A DNA stretch of 49,485 nucleotides from Candidatus Magasanikbacteria bacterium RIFCSPHIGHO2_02_FULL_48_18 (GCA_001784285.1 MFQC01000004.1:1-49485); one strand, 5' to 3'; shown: positions 10,780 through 19,021, counted from the stretch's first letter. Made by a program: numbers and translations. The notes: generated by a model from the sequence alone, not told the origin.

Positions 10780-11163
10780 ATGTCCGAAACCGGCCCCCAA
10801 CCACATCGGTACGAATGTTCCGCCGGTGATGCTGTCCAAACCAAATACGACTGGACGCGCGCGCATCTTGAGGCGTGGCTTGAGACACAACAAGGCTGGA
10901 AGAACTCGGACGGAATCACCACCCGGCGCGCATTATTGGAACAGCTCGCAAAAAAAACCAATGGCGACCGGAATCGCCTTTCTCGCAGACAAATGCGGAC
11001 GCTTGAACAATTTCACGATTTGGCAAGAAAAATTCGAGAAACAGAGCAGGCCGCCGGCGTAACCGAAGCCGCGTGCGTAGATTTTGCCGATCTCAATGTG
11101 CTGTTGCCAAGCGACCTCAGAGGCCCGCGCGGCGGACAGGATTATCCACCGAGAGATGCTTGA
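10780..11163 (+). CDS. Hypothetical protein
   Basis: 127-codon ORF starting 13 nt after the gyrB stop; no recognisable motif. Confidence 0.5.
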   Translation: MSETGPQPHRYECSAGDAVQTKYDWTRAHLEAWLETQQGWKNSDGITTRRALLEQLAKKTNGDRNRLSRRQMRTLEQFHDLARKIRETEQAAGVTEAACVDFADLNVLLPSDLRGPRGGQDYPPRDA

Positions 11164-11188
11164 CAAACAGACTCAAAGACCATATACT
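11160..11188 (+). promoter_or_regulatory. sigma70 promoter upstream of secE-nusG-rplK
   Basis: TTGACA (11160-65), 17 nt spacer, TATACT (11183-88). Confidence 0.6.
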
Positions 11189-11299
11189 ATTTTTATTGAA
11201 TCGGCCAAAGGCCGTTTTTAAATACAAAATTTTGTCATCAAACGTCAGATATCCTGTCGGTCCGAACCAAAAAAGCCGCTTATCTGACAGAGCGCCAGT

Positions 11300-11479
11300 A
11301 TGAAAAAATTAATTATCTATATCAAAGAATCTCTTGCGGAACTCAAAAAAGTGACTTGGCCCTCAAAAAAGCAGGTGACCAATTATTCAATCGTTGTCGT
11401 TGCCATGAGCATCGGGGTCGCGCTCTTTTTCGGCATTCTCGACTACTTCCTCAATAAGGGGCTCACCTGGCTTATTTAA
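11300..11479 (+). CDS. secE: Preprotein translocase subunit SecE (59 aa, not in ORF track)
   Basis: Translated by hand: MKKLIIYIKESLAELKKVTWPSKKQVTNYSIVVVAMSIGVALFFGILDYFLNKGLTWLI. Has the ELKKVTWP motif and lies directly upstream of nusG. Confidence 0.93.
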   Translation: MKKLIIYIKESLAELKKVTWPSKKQVTNYSIVVVAMSIGVALFFGILDYFLNKGLTWLI

Positions 11480-11485
11480 TCATCT

Positions 11486-12031
11486 ATGGCAAAACAAACC
11501 CTTGACCTGGGACGGCGGTGGTATGTTCTCCACACCTACAGCGGATACGAAGAAAACGTCAAACGCAATTTGGAACAGCGCATTGACACCTTTGACATGG
11601 GAAACAAAATTTTTTTTGTTTTGGTCCCAAAAGAAAAAAAGATAAAAATAAAAAACGGAAAACGAACCGTTATTGAAGAAAAAATCTTCCCCGGCTATGT
11701 CCTGGTGGAAATGGTGGTGACCGATGATTCCTGGTATGTCGTTCGCAATACGCCAAATGTGACGGGATTTGTCGGCTCCGGGACAACGCCAACGCCCATT
11801 GATCAAAAAGAAATCGAATCCTTGCAAAAACGCATGGGTGTCGAAGAGCCAACCCACAAAATTGATGTCCAAATAGACGATCCGGTGCGCATTATTGACG
11901 GCCCGTTCAAAAATTTTGAAGGAAAAGTAAGCAATGTTGATGAAAATCGAGGAAAAATAAAAATACTGGTCAATATGTTCGGACGAGAAACTCCAATCGA
12001 ACTCGACGCATTGCAGGTGAAAAAATTATAA
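11486..12031 (+). CDS. nusG: Transcription termination/antitermination factor NusG
   Basis: WYVLHTYSGYE, FPGYVLV, VRNTPNVTGFVG, KOW GPFKNFEG, MFGRETP. Confidence 0.97.
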   Translation: MAKQTLDLGRRWYVLHTYSGYEENVKRNLEQRIDTFDMGNKIFFVLVPKEKKIKIKNGKRTVIEEKIFPGYVLVEMVVTDDSWYVVRNTPNVTGFVGSGTTPTPIDQKEIESLQKRMGVEEPTHKIDVQIDDPVRIIDGPFKNFEGKVSNVDENRGKIKILVNMFGRETPIELDALQVKKL

Positions 12032-12051
12032 CCTCGAACTAATCCATTCCT

Positions 12052-12477
12052 ATGGCCAAAAAACTCGTGACACAAATCAAACTCCAAGTAGTTGGCGGCG
12101 CGGCAAATCCTGCCCCTCCCATCGGTCCGGCGCTTGGACAGCATGGACTCAACATCCAGGATTTTTGCATGCAATTCAATAACGCCACCGCGGACAAAAA
12201 GGGAGAAGTGGTTCCGGTTGTTATCAATGTGTATGAAGATCGCACCTTTGACTTTATCACCAAAGTCGCGCCGGCAAGCGAACTCATCAAAAAAGCGGCC
12301 GGCATTCCCAAAGGATCCGGCAATCCGCTCAAAGATAAAGTAGGAAAAATCACCAAAGCGCAGGTGCGAGAAATCGCGGAAAAGAAAATGCCGGACTTGA
12401 ATGCAAACGACATTGACGCGGCAATGAACATCATTGAAGGAACCGCTCGGCAAATGGGCGTCACAGTTGAAGGATAA
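12052..12477 (+). CDS. rplK: 50S ribosomal protein L11
   Basis: [22 protein letters not shown]. Confidence 0.97.
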   Translation: MAKKLVTQIKLQVVGGAANPAPPIGPALGQHGLNIQDFCMQFNNATADKKGEVVPVVINVYEDRTFDFITKVAPASELIKKAAGIPKGSGNPLKDKVGKITKAQVREIAEKKMPDLNANDIDAAMNIIEGTARQMGVTVEG

Positions 12478-12509
12478 CAGTCGAAGAAAAACCATACGTC
12501 TCACATATC

Positions 12510-12532
12510 ACTCGCCTTTCCGGGCGAGTTTT
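12510..12532 (+). terminator. Terminator after rplK
   Basis: ACTCGCCT-TTCC-GGGCGAGT followed by TTT; a TGGTATACT extended -10 for ldh follows immediately. Confidence 0.5.
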
Positions 12533-12576
12533 GGTATACTGAACTCCATTCCATTCATTCCGTATCAACACCCCTT

Positions 12577-13518
12577 ATGATTGGGCAAAGACCCCCCTCC
12601 TTCTCCCCCCGCGTCGCCATTATCGGCGCAGGATCTGTCGGTTCAACTGCCGCGTATGCTACTGCCATTCGCAACATCGTCTCCGATATTGTGCTCATTG
12701 ATATCAATGAACAAAAAGAAGCGGGCGAAGTCATGGATATCGCGGACGGCCTGTGTTTTATGGAAACCGGCGGCATGAAAGGCGGAGATTTTACCGACGC
12801 ACAAAATGCGGACGTCATTGTCCTCACTGCCGGCGCTCCACAAAAACCAGGAGAAACGCGCCTTGAATTGGTGGATAAAAATGTTGCGATCGTCAAAACA
12901 ATTTTTAAAAAAATCGGCAGGGTGAGCCGGTCTGCCATGGTCTTGGTTGTTGCCAATCCTGTTGACGTCCTTACCGCTCTCGTCCAAAATATCACCGGCC
13001 TCCCCCACGCCCAGGTCTTTGGATCCGGCACGACGCTTGACACGGCGCGGCTCAAAACGCATGTCGCGCGGCTTGCGCGGGTGAGCCCCCACGATGTGCA
13101 CGGCTATGTGCTCGGAGAACACGGAGATACCGAATTTGTCGCATGGAGCACGGTCACGGTTGGCGGCGTCCCCATCCAAAAATTACCATTTTTCTCGGCA
13201 TCGAGAGCAAAAAAAATTGAAGACAGCATCCGGAAAGAAGCCTACGAAATTATTCAGTGCAAAGGCGCGACATTTTTTGGAATTGGCCTCGTGATTGCGG
13301 ATATTCTCGAGGCGATATTTTACAACCAGCACAAAATTCTTCCCCTCTCAACGCAAAGCATGCACTGCGAGACGGCATCGCATGTGTGCCTCGGCACGCC
13401 GGTTGTGCTTGGACGCCGCGGCATTGAACGGCAGTGGCCGCTGTCCTTGACCGCAAAAGAAAAAAAACACATTCGCCAGTCGGCAAAAGTGCTCAGCCAG
13501 TATCTTGCCCGCATATGA
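12577..13518 (+). CDS. ldh: L-lactate dehydrogenase
   Basis: GAGSVG Rossmann motif, GAPQKPGETRLEL (Gln at the specificity position, so LDH not MDH), NPVD, LDTAR, GEHGD. Confidence 0.88.
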   Translation: MIGQRPPSFSPRVAIIGAGSVGSTAAYATAIRNIVSDIVLIDINEQKEAGEVMDIADGLCFMETGGMKGGDFTDAQNADVIVLTAGAPQKPGETRLELVDKNVAIVKTIFKKIGRVSRSAMVLVVANPVDVLTALVQNITGLPHAQVFGSGTTLDTARLKTHVARLARVSPHDVHGYVLGEHGDTEFVAWSTVTVGGVPIQKLPFFSASRAKKIEDSIRKEAYEIIQCKGATFFGIGLVIADILEAIFYNQHKILPLSTQSMHCETASHVCLGTPVVLGRRGIERQWPLSLTAKEKKHIRQSAKVLSQYLARI

Positions 13519-14384
13519 CGCGCCGTCTGACCATTGTCCTCTTTGTCTTTGCTGTGCTTTTGATTGGCGCGGGGTGTAACAATGGCGCGCGTCCTGATGG
13601 CGCCGAGCCGTCGCAAACACAAAATACATCTACCCAAAAAATTGTCAAAAAACCGGCAGAGCCATCTTTCACAGAACAAGCGTACGCGTTCTGCGAACAG
13701 CAAGGAAACACGGTCGTGATTTATTTTGATTCCAAAACGCGGCAAAATAATGTCTTTTGCGTTTTTCCAAACCAGACGGCATGCGATATTTTTGCGTTTG
13801 CCCATGGAGCATGCGCCGAAGAAAACGCGATTGCATTCCAAAAAGAAGACGAACTCCTGCTCCAGCAGATTCGCACGTGCACCATAGACGACCCGCCGGT
13901 GTGCGGGGTGGACGGACACAACTACGCCAATCACTGCATTGCCGAATTGCAACAAATCGGCATTCTTCATGAAGGACTCTGCACGCCAAACGAACAAAGC
14001 ACGCCCGCTCTTGTCCCCAAACCGTCGTCTCCCATAGCGCTTGCGCCAAAAAAATCAATACAAACAAGTACGTCCGGACTCACAGAGGAAGAAGAACAGG
14101 AAATCATCGAAGAACAAAATATCGCATGGCTGTCGTTTGTGATGACGCTCCTTCAATCCGAACCGCCAAAAACGCCGCGAGCATCTCTCGAAGAATGCAC
14201 CTATGCAACCTCGACGGTCTATTACCAATCCGGCGGCTGTGCCACATGTCTCAACACGCTGTATAATGCAAAAGGACAAATTGAGTGCTACCCGAACCAT
14301 GAAATGGGCGGCGCTTGCCCCGCGTTCTTCAGCCTCGCCGCCCGAGGACCGCACTGCTCTCTCTTGTGGAAGGACCCCCGCTGA
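13515..14384 (+). CDS. Cys-rich lipoprotein with DUF333-like and Kazal-type domains
   Basis: Lipobox LIGAGC; AYAFCEQQG...CVFP...CD (DUF333-like); CTIDDPPVCGVDGHNYANHC...HEGLC (Kazal-like). Confidence 0.7.
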   Translation: MTRRLTIVLFVFAVLLIGAGCNNGARPDGAEPSQTQNTSTQKIVKKPAEPSFTEQAYAFCEQQGNTVVIYFDSKTRQNNVFCVFPNQTACDIFAFAHGACAEENAIAFQKEDELLLQQIRTCTIDDPPVCGVDGHNYANHCIAELQQIGILHEGLCTPNEQSTPALVPKPSSPIALAPKKSIQTSTSGLTEEEEQEIIEEQNIAWLSFVMTLLQSEPPKTPRASLEECTYATSTVYYQSGGCATCLNTLYNAKGQIECYPNHEMGGACPAFFSLAARGPHCSLLWKDPR

Positions 14385-14425
14385 GTGAACTCAGCGAACA
14401 GGAAAAACACGAACAGGGAAAAACC

Positions 14426-14454
14426 TTGACAAAACCCAAATAATTTCGTATCCT
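14426..14454 (+). promoter_or_regulatory. sigma70 promoter of rplA
   Basis: TTGACA (14426-31), 17 nt spacer, TATCCT (14449-54). Confidence 0.6.
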
Positions 14455-14475
14455 CGTGTCACATTATTATTCTCT

Positions 14476-14510
14476 GTGGGACCCCGATATCTATCAGGGG
14501 CTTGTACCAC
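14476..14510 (+). promoter_or_regulatory. L1-binding autoregulatory leader
   Basis: GTGG-GA-CCCC...GGGG-CTTGTA-CCAC: two helices with an asymmetric internal loop (GUGGGA...ACCAC), just upstream of rplA. Confidence 0.65.
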
Positions 14511-14524
14511 GTCACCTATTCTCT

Positions 14525-15202
14525 ATGGGAAAACGCATGCAGGAGCTCAAAACCAAAGTAGACAAAAAGAAAATCTACGCCCTTTCCGAAGCAATCCAGC
14601 TCGTCAAAGCAACGAGCACCGTCAAATTTGACGCATCTGTCGAGGTCCACGCGCGCCTTGGTATTGATCCCAAAAAATCGGACCAGCAAATCCGCGCGAC
14701 TGCGGCCTTGCCGCATGGCACCGGAAAAACAAAAACAGTGGCCGCGTTTGTAGGGCCAAATGATGAAAAATCAGCAAAACAAGCCGGCGCTGATTTTATT
14801 TTTGGCGAAGAAGATATTAAAAAAATCAAAGACACGGGAAAAATTGAATTTGACATCGCGGTCGCAACACCGGAAATGATGCCGAAGATGGCGGTTGCCG
14901 CGCGCGTGCTTGGGCCAAAAGGACTTATGCCCAACCCCAAAACCGGGACCGTGGACGCCAATGTGGAAAAAATGATCCGAGAACTGAAAAAAGGGAAAGT
15001 GGCATTTAAAAATGATGATACCAGCAATGTGCATTTGTCTATCGGAAAAGTGAGCTTCAGCGACGCACAACTTGCAGAAAATTTCACCGCGTTTCTTGAT
15101 GTCTTAAAGAAGGCAAAGCCAACGACCGCAAAAGGAACCTATATCAAACACCTTTTCCTCACAACCAGCATGGGGCCAAGCATCCGGGTGGAAATCGCGT
15201 AA
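14525..15202 (+). CDS. rplA: 50S ribosomal protein L1
   Basis: KFDASVEVH..LGIDP, LPHGTGK, LGPKGLMPNPKTGTV, TSMGP. Confidence 0.97.
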   Translation: MGKRMQELKTKVDKKKIYALSEAIQLVKATSTVKFDASVEVHARLGIDPKKSDQQIRATAALPHGTGKTKTVAAFVGPNDEKSAKQAGADFIFGEEDIKKIKDTGKIEFDIAVATPEMMPKMAVAARVLGPKGLMPNPKTGTVDANVEKMIRELKKGKVAFKNDDTSNVHLSIGKVSFSDAQLAENFTAFLDVLKKAKPTTAKGTYIKHLFLTTSMGPSIRVEIA

Positions 15203-15216
15203 AAAATCAATACATC

Positions 15217-15247
15217 AATAATCACCGGCTTCATACCGGTGATTATT
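15217..15247. terminator. Bidirectional terminator between rplA and the DNPH1-like gene
   Basis: AATAATCACCGG-7nt-CCGGTGATTATT, a perfect 12-bp inverted repeat between convergent genes. Confidence 0.7.
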
Positions 15248-15656
15248 TTGTTATGAAATATTCTTCCAATACCGCCGCAAGACTTGCGTCATCATGATAC
15301 ATCCGCAAAGTCAGATTGGTATTGCCCGAAATCATGCCGGACACTCGATAATCATCATCGCCATAGTGAAGACAAAGAATCTTTTTTCCCAGCCGCGATG
15401 CTTGGCCCACAAGATACCCGACGCCCAAGCTGGGCGTTGTCACGTCGGCCACGATAACGTCGCTCTTTTCCATTCGCTCCAATTCACGAGCATGAACCTC
15501 TTCAACGGAAATGGCTGTCTCCCCATGCCGAGGCATATCGTTTGCGACGTGGTCTGAAAACACCGTGCCATGGGTTTTCAGAAGCGATACAATCGTCTGG
15601 TAATTCCGCTGATGTTCTCGCCCCCCTCGAATCGCGGCGGTAAAAAAAATATTCAT
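15243..15656 (-). CDS. DNPH1/Rcl-like nucleoside 2-deoxyribosyltransferase-fold protein
   Basis: FTAAIRGGRE, GTVFSDHV, DVIVADVTTPSLGVGY and SGMISG motifs; start at ATG 15656. Confidence 0.82.
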   Translation of the reverse strand: MNIFFTAAIRGGREHQRNYQTIVSLLKTHGTVFSDHVANDMPRHGETAISVEEVHARELERMEKSDVIVADVTTPSLGVGYLVGQASRLGKKILCLHYGDDDYRVSGMISGNTNLTLRMYHDDASLAAVLEEYFITK

Positions 15657-15664
15657 AATATATG

Positions 15665-15775
15665 TGCGAACATACGAAAGGTACGAAAATACGAAATATC
15701 TGCTACCCTTTTCGTACTTTCGTATATTTCGTATTTTCGTACATATCTTTTTTCGTACTGTTCGTCGTTTCGTAC
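15665..15775. repeat. Inverted array of TACGAAA/TTTCGTA units
   Basis: About 4 TACGAAA-like units (15665-15698) face about 7 TTTCGTA-like units (15710-15775), with 8/9-nt spacing. Confidence 0.8.
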
Positions 15776-16539
15776 ATAACAGTAAATAATGCTTTTTGCG
15801 CTTCGTAGAACGTTTGGTTTTCAATAATCGTGACAATCGGCTGGTGCTCGTCACCTGACGTATGAAAGACTTTTCCATTATACAATCGCATCTCCATATC
15901 AGGAAAAGACAGCGTGTCCGGAAGGATGCGCACCGTGGTCACATGTGCCGCTTTTTTTTCGGATGACGCATATATCTCAGCGCCTGCCGTGTCGTGCGCC
16001 AAAATCTGCATGGAAATACCGCGTTCAATACGCCGCTCATTCCACGCCCGGCGATCATCGAGTCCGGGATAATGATATGTTCCGGATGGTACATACAGAT
16101 ACATCATATCTGCTCCTGTGGAAAACACATCATCAAGAGCAGACCGGTAATGACGCAGTCCTTCAAACATCCGAATGGTCGGACGAATGTTGGACAGCCG
16201 ATAGGTTTCGCGAAGCTCCGGAATGAGCGAGCGGACTTCCTGTTTTTTTGCGTCAAATTCTTGTTGGCGCGCTTCCAAGATATCATACAACCGTTCCGGG
16301 TCTTCAGCAATATAAACGGTCCGCCACTTTTCTTTGACCGACGTGACGAGGCCTGCCGCGATCAAATTCTTCAATACATAATACAGCATGGTCCGGGGAA
16401 ACGGGCTTCTTTCTTGAAGCTCCTGGACCGTTGCCTTCGGATGTTCCAGCATAAGTGTATACAGCATCGCCTCATTGTCCCCAAGTCCCAAATGCGATAA
16501 CGCCACAAGAGTGGTTTTTTTTGTTTTGGTCCGTGCCAT
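15703..16539 (-). CDS. TrmB-family transcriptional regulator
   Basis: LGLGDNEAMLY..L..P.AT..EL....FPRT.LY..LK.L...GLV winged-HTH, then YIAEDPE and a PLD-like sensor domain. Confidence 0.82.
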   Translation of the reverse strand: MARTKTKKTTLVALSHLGLGDNEAMLYTLMLEHPKATVQELQERSPFPRTMLYYVLKNLIAAGLVTSVKEKWRTVYIAEDPERLYDILEARQQEFDAKKQEVRSLIPELRETYRLSNIRPTIRMFEGLRHYRSALDDVFSTGADMMYLYVPSGTYHYPGLDDRRAWNERRIERGISMQILAHDTAGAEIYASSEKKAAHVTTVRILPDTLSFPDMEMRLYNGKVFHTSGDEHQPIVTIIENQTFYEAQKALFTVMYETTNSTKKDMYENTKYTKVRKG

Positions 16540-16572
16540 AAAAATATCGCTATAGAGAGAAAAAACAGTATG

Positions 16573-16682
16573 TGTCAGTAGTTTATTGACAATCTGGACA
16601 TATTTCTCTTGACAAAGCATAGAAAAATTGCTTTATTATGTCAATATCCTTGTTGTGGATAATTGTAAATTATATATTGACA
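16573..16682. promoter_or_regulatory. Two 19-bp palindromic operators TGTCAAT-N5-ATTGACA in the divergent TrmB/HD intergenic region
   Basis: TGTCAGTAGTTTATTGACA (16573-91) and TGTAAATTATATATTGACA (16664-82), each one mismatch from consensus; half-site TGTCAAT at 16639. Confidence 0.55.
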
Positions 16683-16694
16683 TTTGTATCTGCT

Positions 16695-17318
16695 GTGATT
16701 CCTACCCCCCAAACACACGACTTTCTTACTTTTTTTGAGCGGGCAAACCAGCTCAAATCAGTCCCCCGTTTTAGCGCGTCGCTCCTCAAAGAGGCGGACA
16801 CGGTCCCGGAACACTCGTGGCGACTCGCGCTTATGACGTCTCTTATCGGAAACGAATTCAAACATAAAATGGACATTCAGCACGCGGTCGCGATTGCTCT
16901 TGTCCATGACCTTGCCGAGTCCTTGACCGGGGACATTGATGTGTACGATGCGATTACAAAAAAATTATCCCGAGAAGAAAAAAAAGAAAGTGAAGAGCAC
17001 GCAATGGCACAAATAACCAGTGGCATTTCATTTGGCAAAACCATTTATGATTTGTGGCAAGAATACGAAGAACAAAAAACCCTTGAAGCAAAGTTTGTGA
17101 AAGCGCTTGATAAAATTGAAGCATTCCTCCACCTCTCCCAATGCGCGCCAGGCGCATACGGTCCAAAAGAATTCCACGCCAACTATGGCGACAAAGCGGT
17201 CCGGGCGTTTGACGACGCGATGGGAGAACATCCCAAACTGTTTGCCATGCTTGAGAGCGTGAAGCACACATTGCGGGAGCGGTTTGAAAAAGAAGGAGTG
17301 GCGTGGGTGGAGGATTGA
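16695..17318 (+). CDS. HD-domain 5'-deoxynucleotidase-like phosphohydrolase (copy 1)
   Basis: LKSVPR...DTVPEHSWR...LVHDLAE..TGD...EAKFVKALDKIE (HDDC2/YfbR-like); GTG start inferred. Confidence 0.85.
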   Translation: MIPTPQTHDFLTFFERANQLKSVPRFSASLLKEADTVPEHSWRLALMTSLIGNEFKHKMDIQHAVAIALVHDLAESLTGDIDVYDAITKKLSREEKKESEEHAMAQITSGISFGKTIYDLWQEYEEQKTLEAKFVKALDKIEAFLHLSQCAPGAYGPKEFHANYGDKAVRAFDDAMGEHPKLFAMLESVKHTLRERFEKEGVAWVED

Positions 17319-17493
17319 CCGCTCTTTTAAAAATATCACCTGTCATCGCGAGGCCTGCTCTTTTGGCACGTCTGCATTTTCTTTTTTTTGCATAACATCC
17401 GCCTCTGGCGGAAAAGAAAGAAGAACGGACGTGCCAAAAATTATTCCCGCAGGTGCGGGGGTGGTTTGAGGCCGATGTTGGAGGAACAAAAAA

Positions 17494-18849
17494 GTGGAAC
17501 AGAGAAAAATCAAAATCGAAGACGGTTCTCTTCTGGCCATGATCATGGCCATTTATGAACTCTGGAAACACTACACCGGCAACAGGGACCCCGACGCCGT
17601 GATCGCCGAGGCGATCCGGGCTGGGGCAGAACTTGAGGAGATGATCACGAGGAATGATTCCGGTTTCCACCAGGTCGTGGATGCGTTCACGCCGGGGATC
17701 GACGACCTGGTCGCGATCTTCCGCGAGTGCGCCCCTCACATGCCGGAGTTCGACGCGGACAGTCGCTTTTGGAAGATCGTCGAGGACTACCACCACGCCG
17801 TGGACCTGGCGACGAGCGCCGTGCCCAGCGTCAGCCAGACGGCCTTCATCCGGCGCGAGGCCATCAGCCGTGCGGCCGGGTGCATGGCCGACCTGATGCT
17901 CAGCGTGTTGACCGACGAGGACACGCCCGAACACCTGCGCACGGCGCAGATCAACGTCCAGGTGTTCATGCGCCGGGTGACGCGCTGGGGCGACCCGACG
18001 ACGGTCAACCAGGAAGTCCTCGATCAGATGAACGTTCTGTTTGGGCAGGTCTACCTGCTCAAACTCTTTGCGATCTTCGCAGTCAACGAGAGCCTACCCC
18101 AGACGCAGCGGGTCCCGTTGCACATTCTGGTCCTCTGCGGCTCGTTTAAGTACGGGCCGTATGCCGAGATCGTCGAGGCGTACGACGAGCAGATCATGCT
18201 GTTCGTCTGCCTCTACTGCATGTTCGGTCCCTGCGGATGTGCGAATCGGCCTCCGGTCGCTGGCGTGACCAAGATGAAGCAGCGTCAGCTCAAGTACCCG
18301 GAAGACGTCGGCGCCCAGATGGCCGCGGCGTCGGAGTTGACCACGGACCAGTTGGACTGGTTCATGTCGGTCGTGTATCTCATCCGCAACCTGAGCCAGG
18401 GGCTCACCCGCAGCGTCGACCGCGCCCGCTGGGAGTTTGACTCCGAGTTCCTGACCGGCGTCCGCATCGCGCGGACCGGCAGCATCGGTGCGGCCGCCCG
18501 CGCCGAGGGCCAGTTCGCGACGATTCGTCGCCGTCGCTGGGGCAAGGCCTTCATGCACGCCTGGCCGGGCGGTGCGAAGGATCCGCAGCGGCCCACTGCG
18601 GACGAGCACATCCAGGAGCTGCTCTACGCCGAGGACAGCCCCTACGATCAGCCCTTGTCGGACGCGGCGATCCAGCAGATCTTCCGCCACGCCGCGGCCG
18701 ACCCGATCGTCTGGGGGCCCTTGCCCCCAATCAACTACGGACTGCGGTTTTTGGACACGACGGTCGCGGCAATGGAGCAGTTCGTCTGCATGACGAACCG
18801 CAACCCGAACCGTACAGTCGATCTCGTTCTCGAGCTGCCCGCCGACTAA
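17494..18849 (+). CDS. High-GC orphan protein (451 aa)
   Basis: Long ORF with strong G/C third-codon bias; GGAGG at 17480-84 before the GTG start; no recognised family. Confidence 0.75.
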   Translation: MEQRKIKIEDGSLLAMIMAIYELWKHYTGNRDPDAVIAEAIRAGAELEEMITRNDSGFHQVVDAFTPGIDDLVAIFRECAPHMPEFDADSRFWKIVEDYHHAVDLATSAVPSVSQTAFIRREAISRAAGCMADLMLSVLTDEDTPEHLRTAQINVQVFMRRVTRWGDPTTVNQEVLDQMNVLFGQVYLLKLFAIFAVNESLPQTQRVPLHILVLCGSFKYGPYAEIVEAYDEQIMLFVCLYCMFGPCGCANRPPVAGVTKMKQRQLKYPEDVGAQMAAASELTTDQLDWFMSVVYLIRNLSQGLTRSVDRARWEFDSEFLTGVRIARTGSIGAAARAEGQFATIRRRRWGKAFMHAWPGGAKDPQRPTADEHIQELLYAEDSPYDQPLSDAAIQQIFRHAAADPIVWGPLPPINYGLRFLDTTVAAMEQFVCMTNRNPNRTVDLVLELPAD

Positions 18850-18992
18850 CCCCACCCCACCCGGCAGGTGTGGCCAAAGGCGCAATCCGCGCCGCCAACT
18901 CAATATCAAGGAGACGGTCCACCATGTAGGAGGCATGCGTGGACCGAACAAATGAGGTCATAAAATTTGTGCATTCATTTGTTCTCAAAACG

Positions 18993-19018
18993 AAAATCCT
19001 AACCAAAGTCAGGATTTT
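18993..19018 (-). terminator. Terminator downstream of the tRNA-like gene
   Basis: Minus strand AAAATCCTGAC-TTTG-GTTAGGATTTT then CGTTTT; fully paired only on the minus strand (G:U). Confidence 0.6.
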
Positions 19019-19021
19019 AGG

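Noticed and set aside
14380-14424. Small hairpin plus CGAACAGG(G)AAAAAC direct repeat
   Set aside because: Only two short copies, most likely a local duplication upstream of the rplA promoter.
15665-15775. CRISPR array
   Set aside because: The units are 8-9 nt with no unique spacers, and there are no cas genes in the window.
18094-18951. 285-aa minus-strand ORF (also 16954..17934)
   Set aside because: These are antisense shadows of the high-GC gene, expected from its G/C third-position bias.
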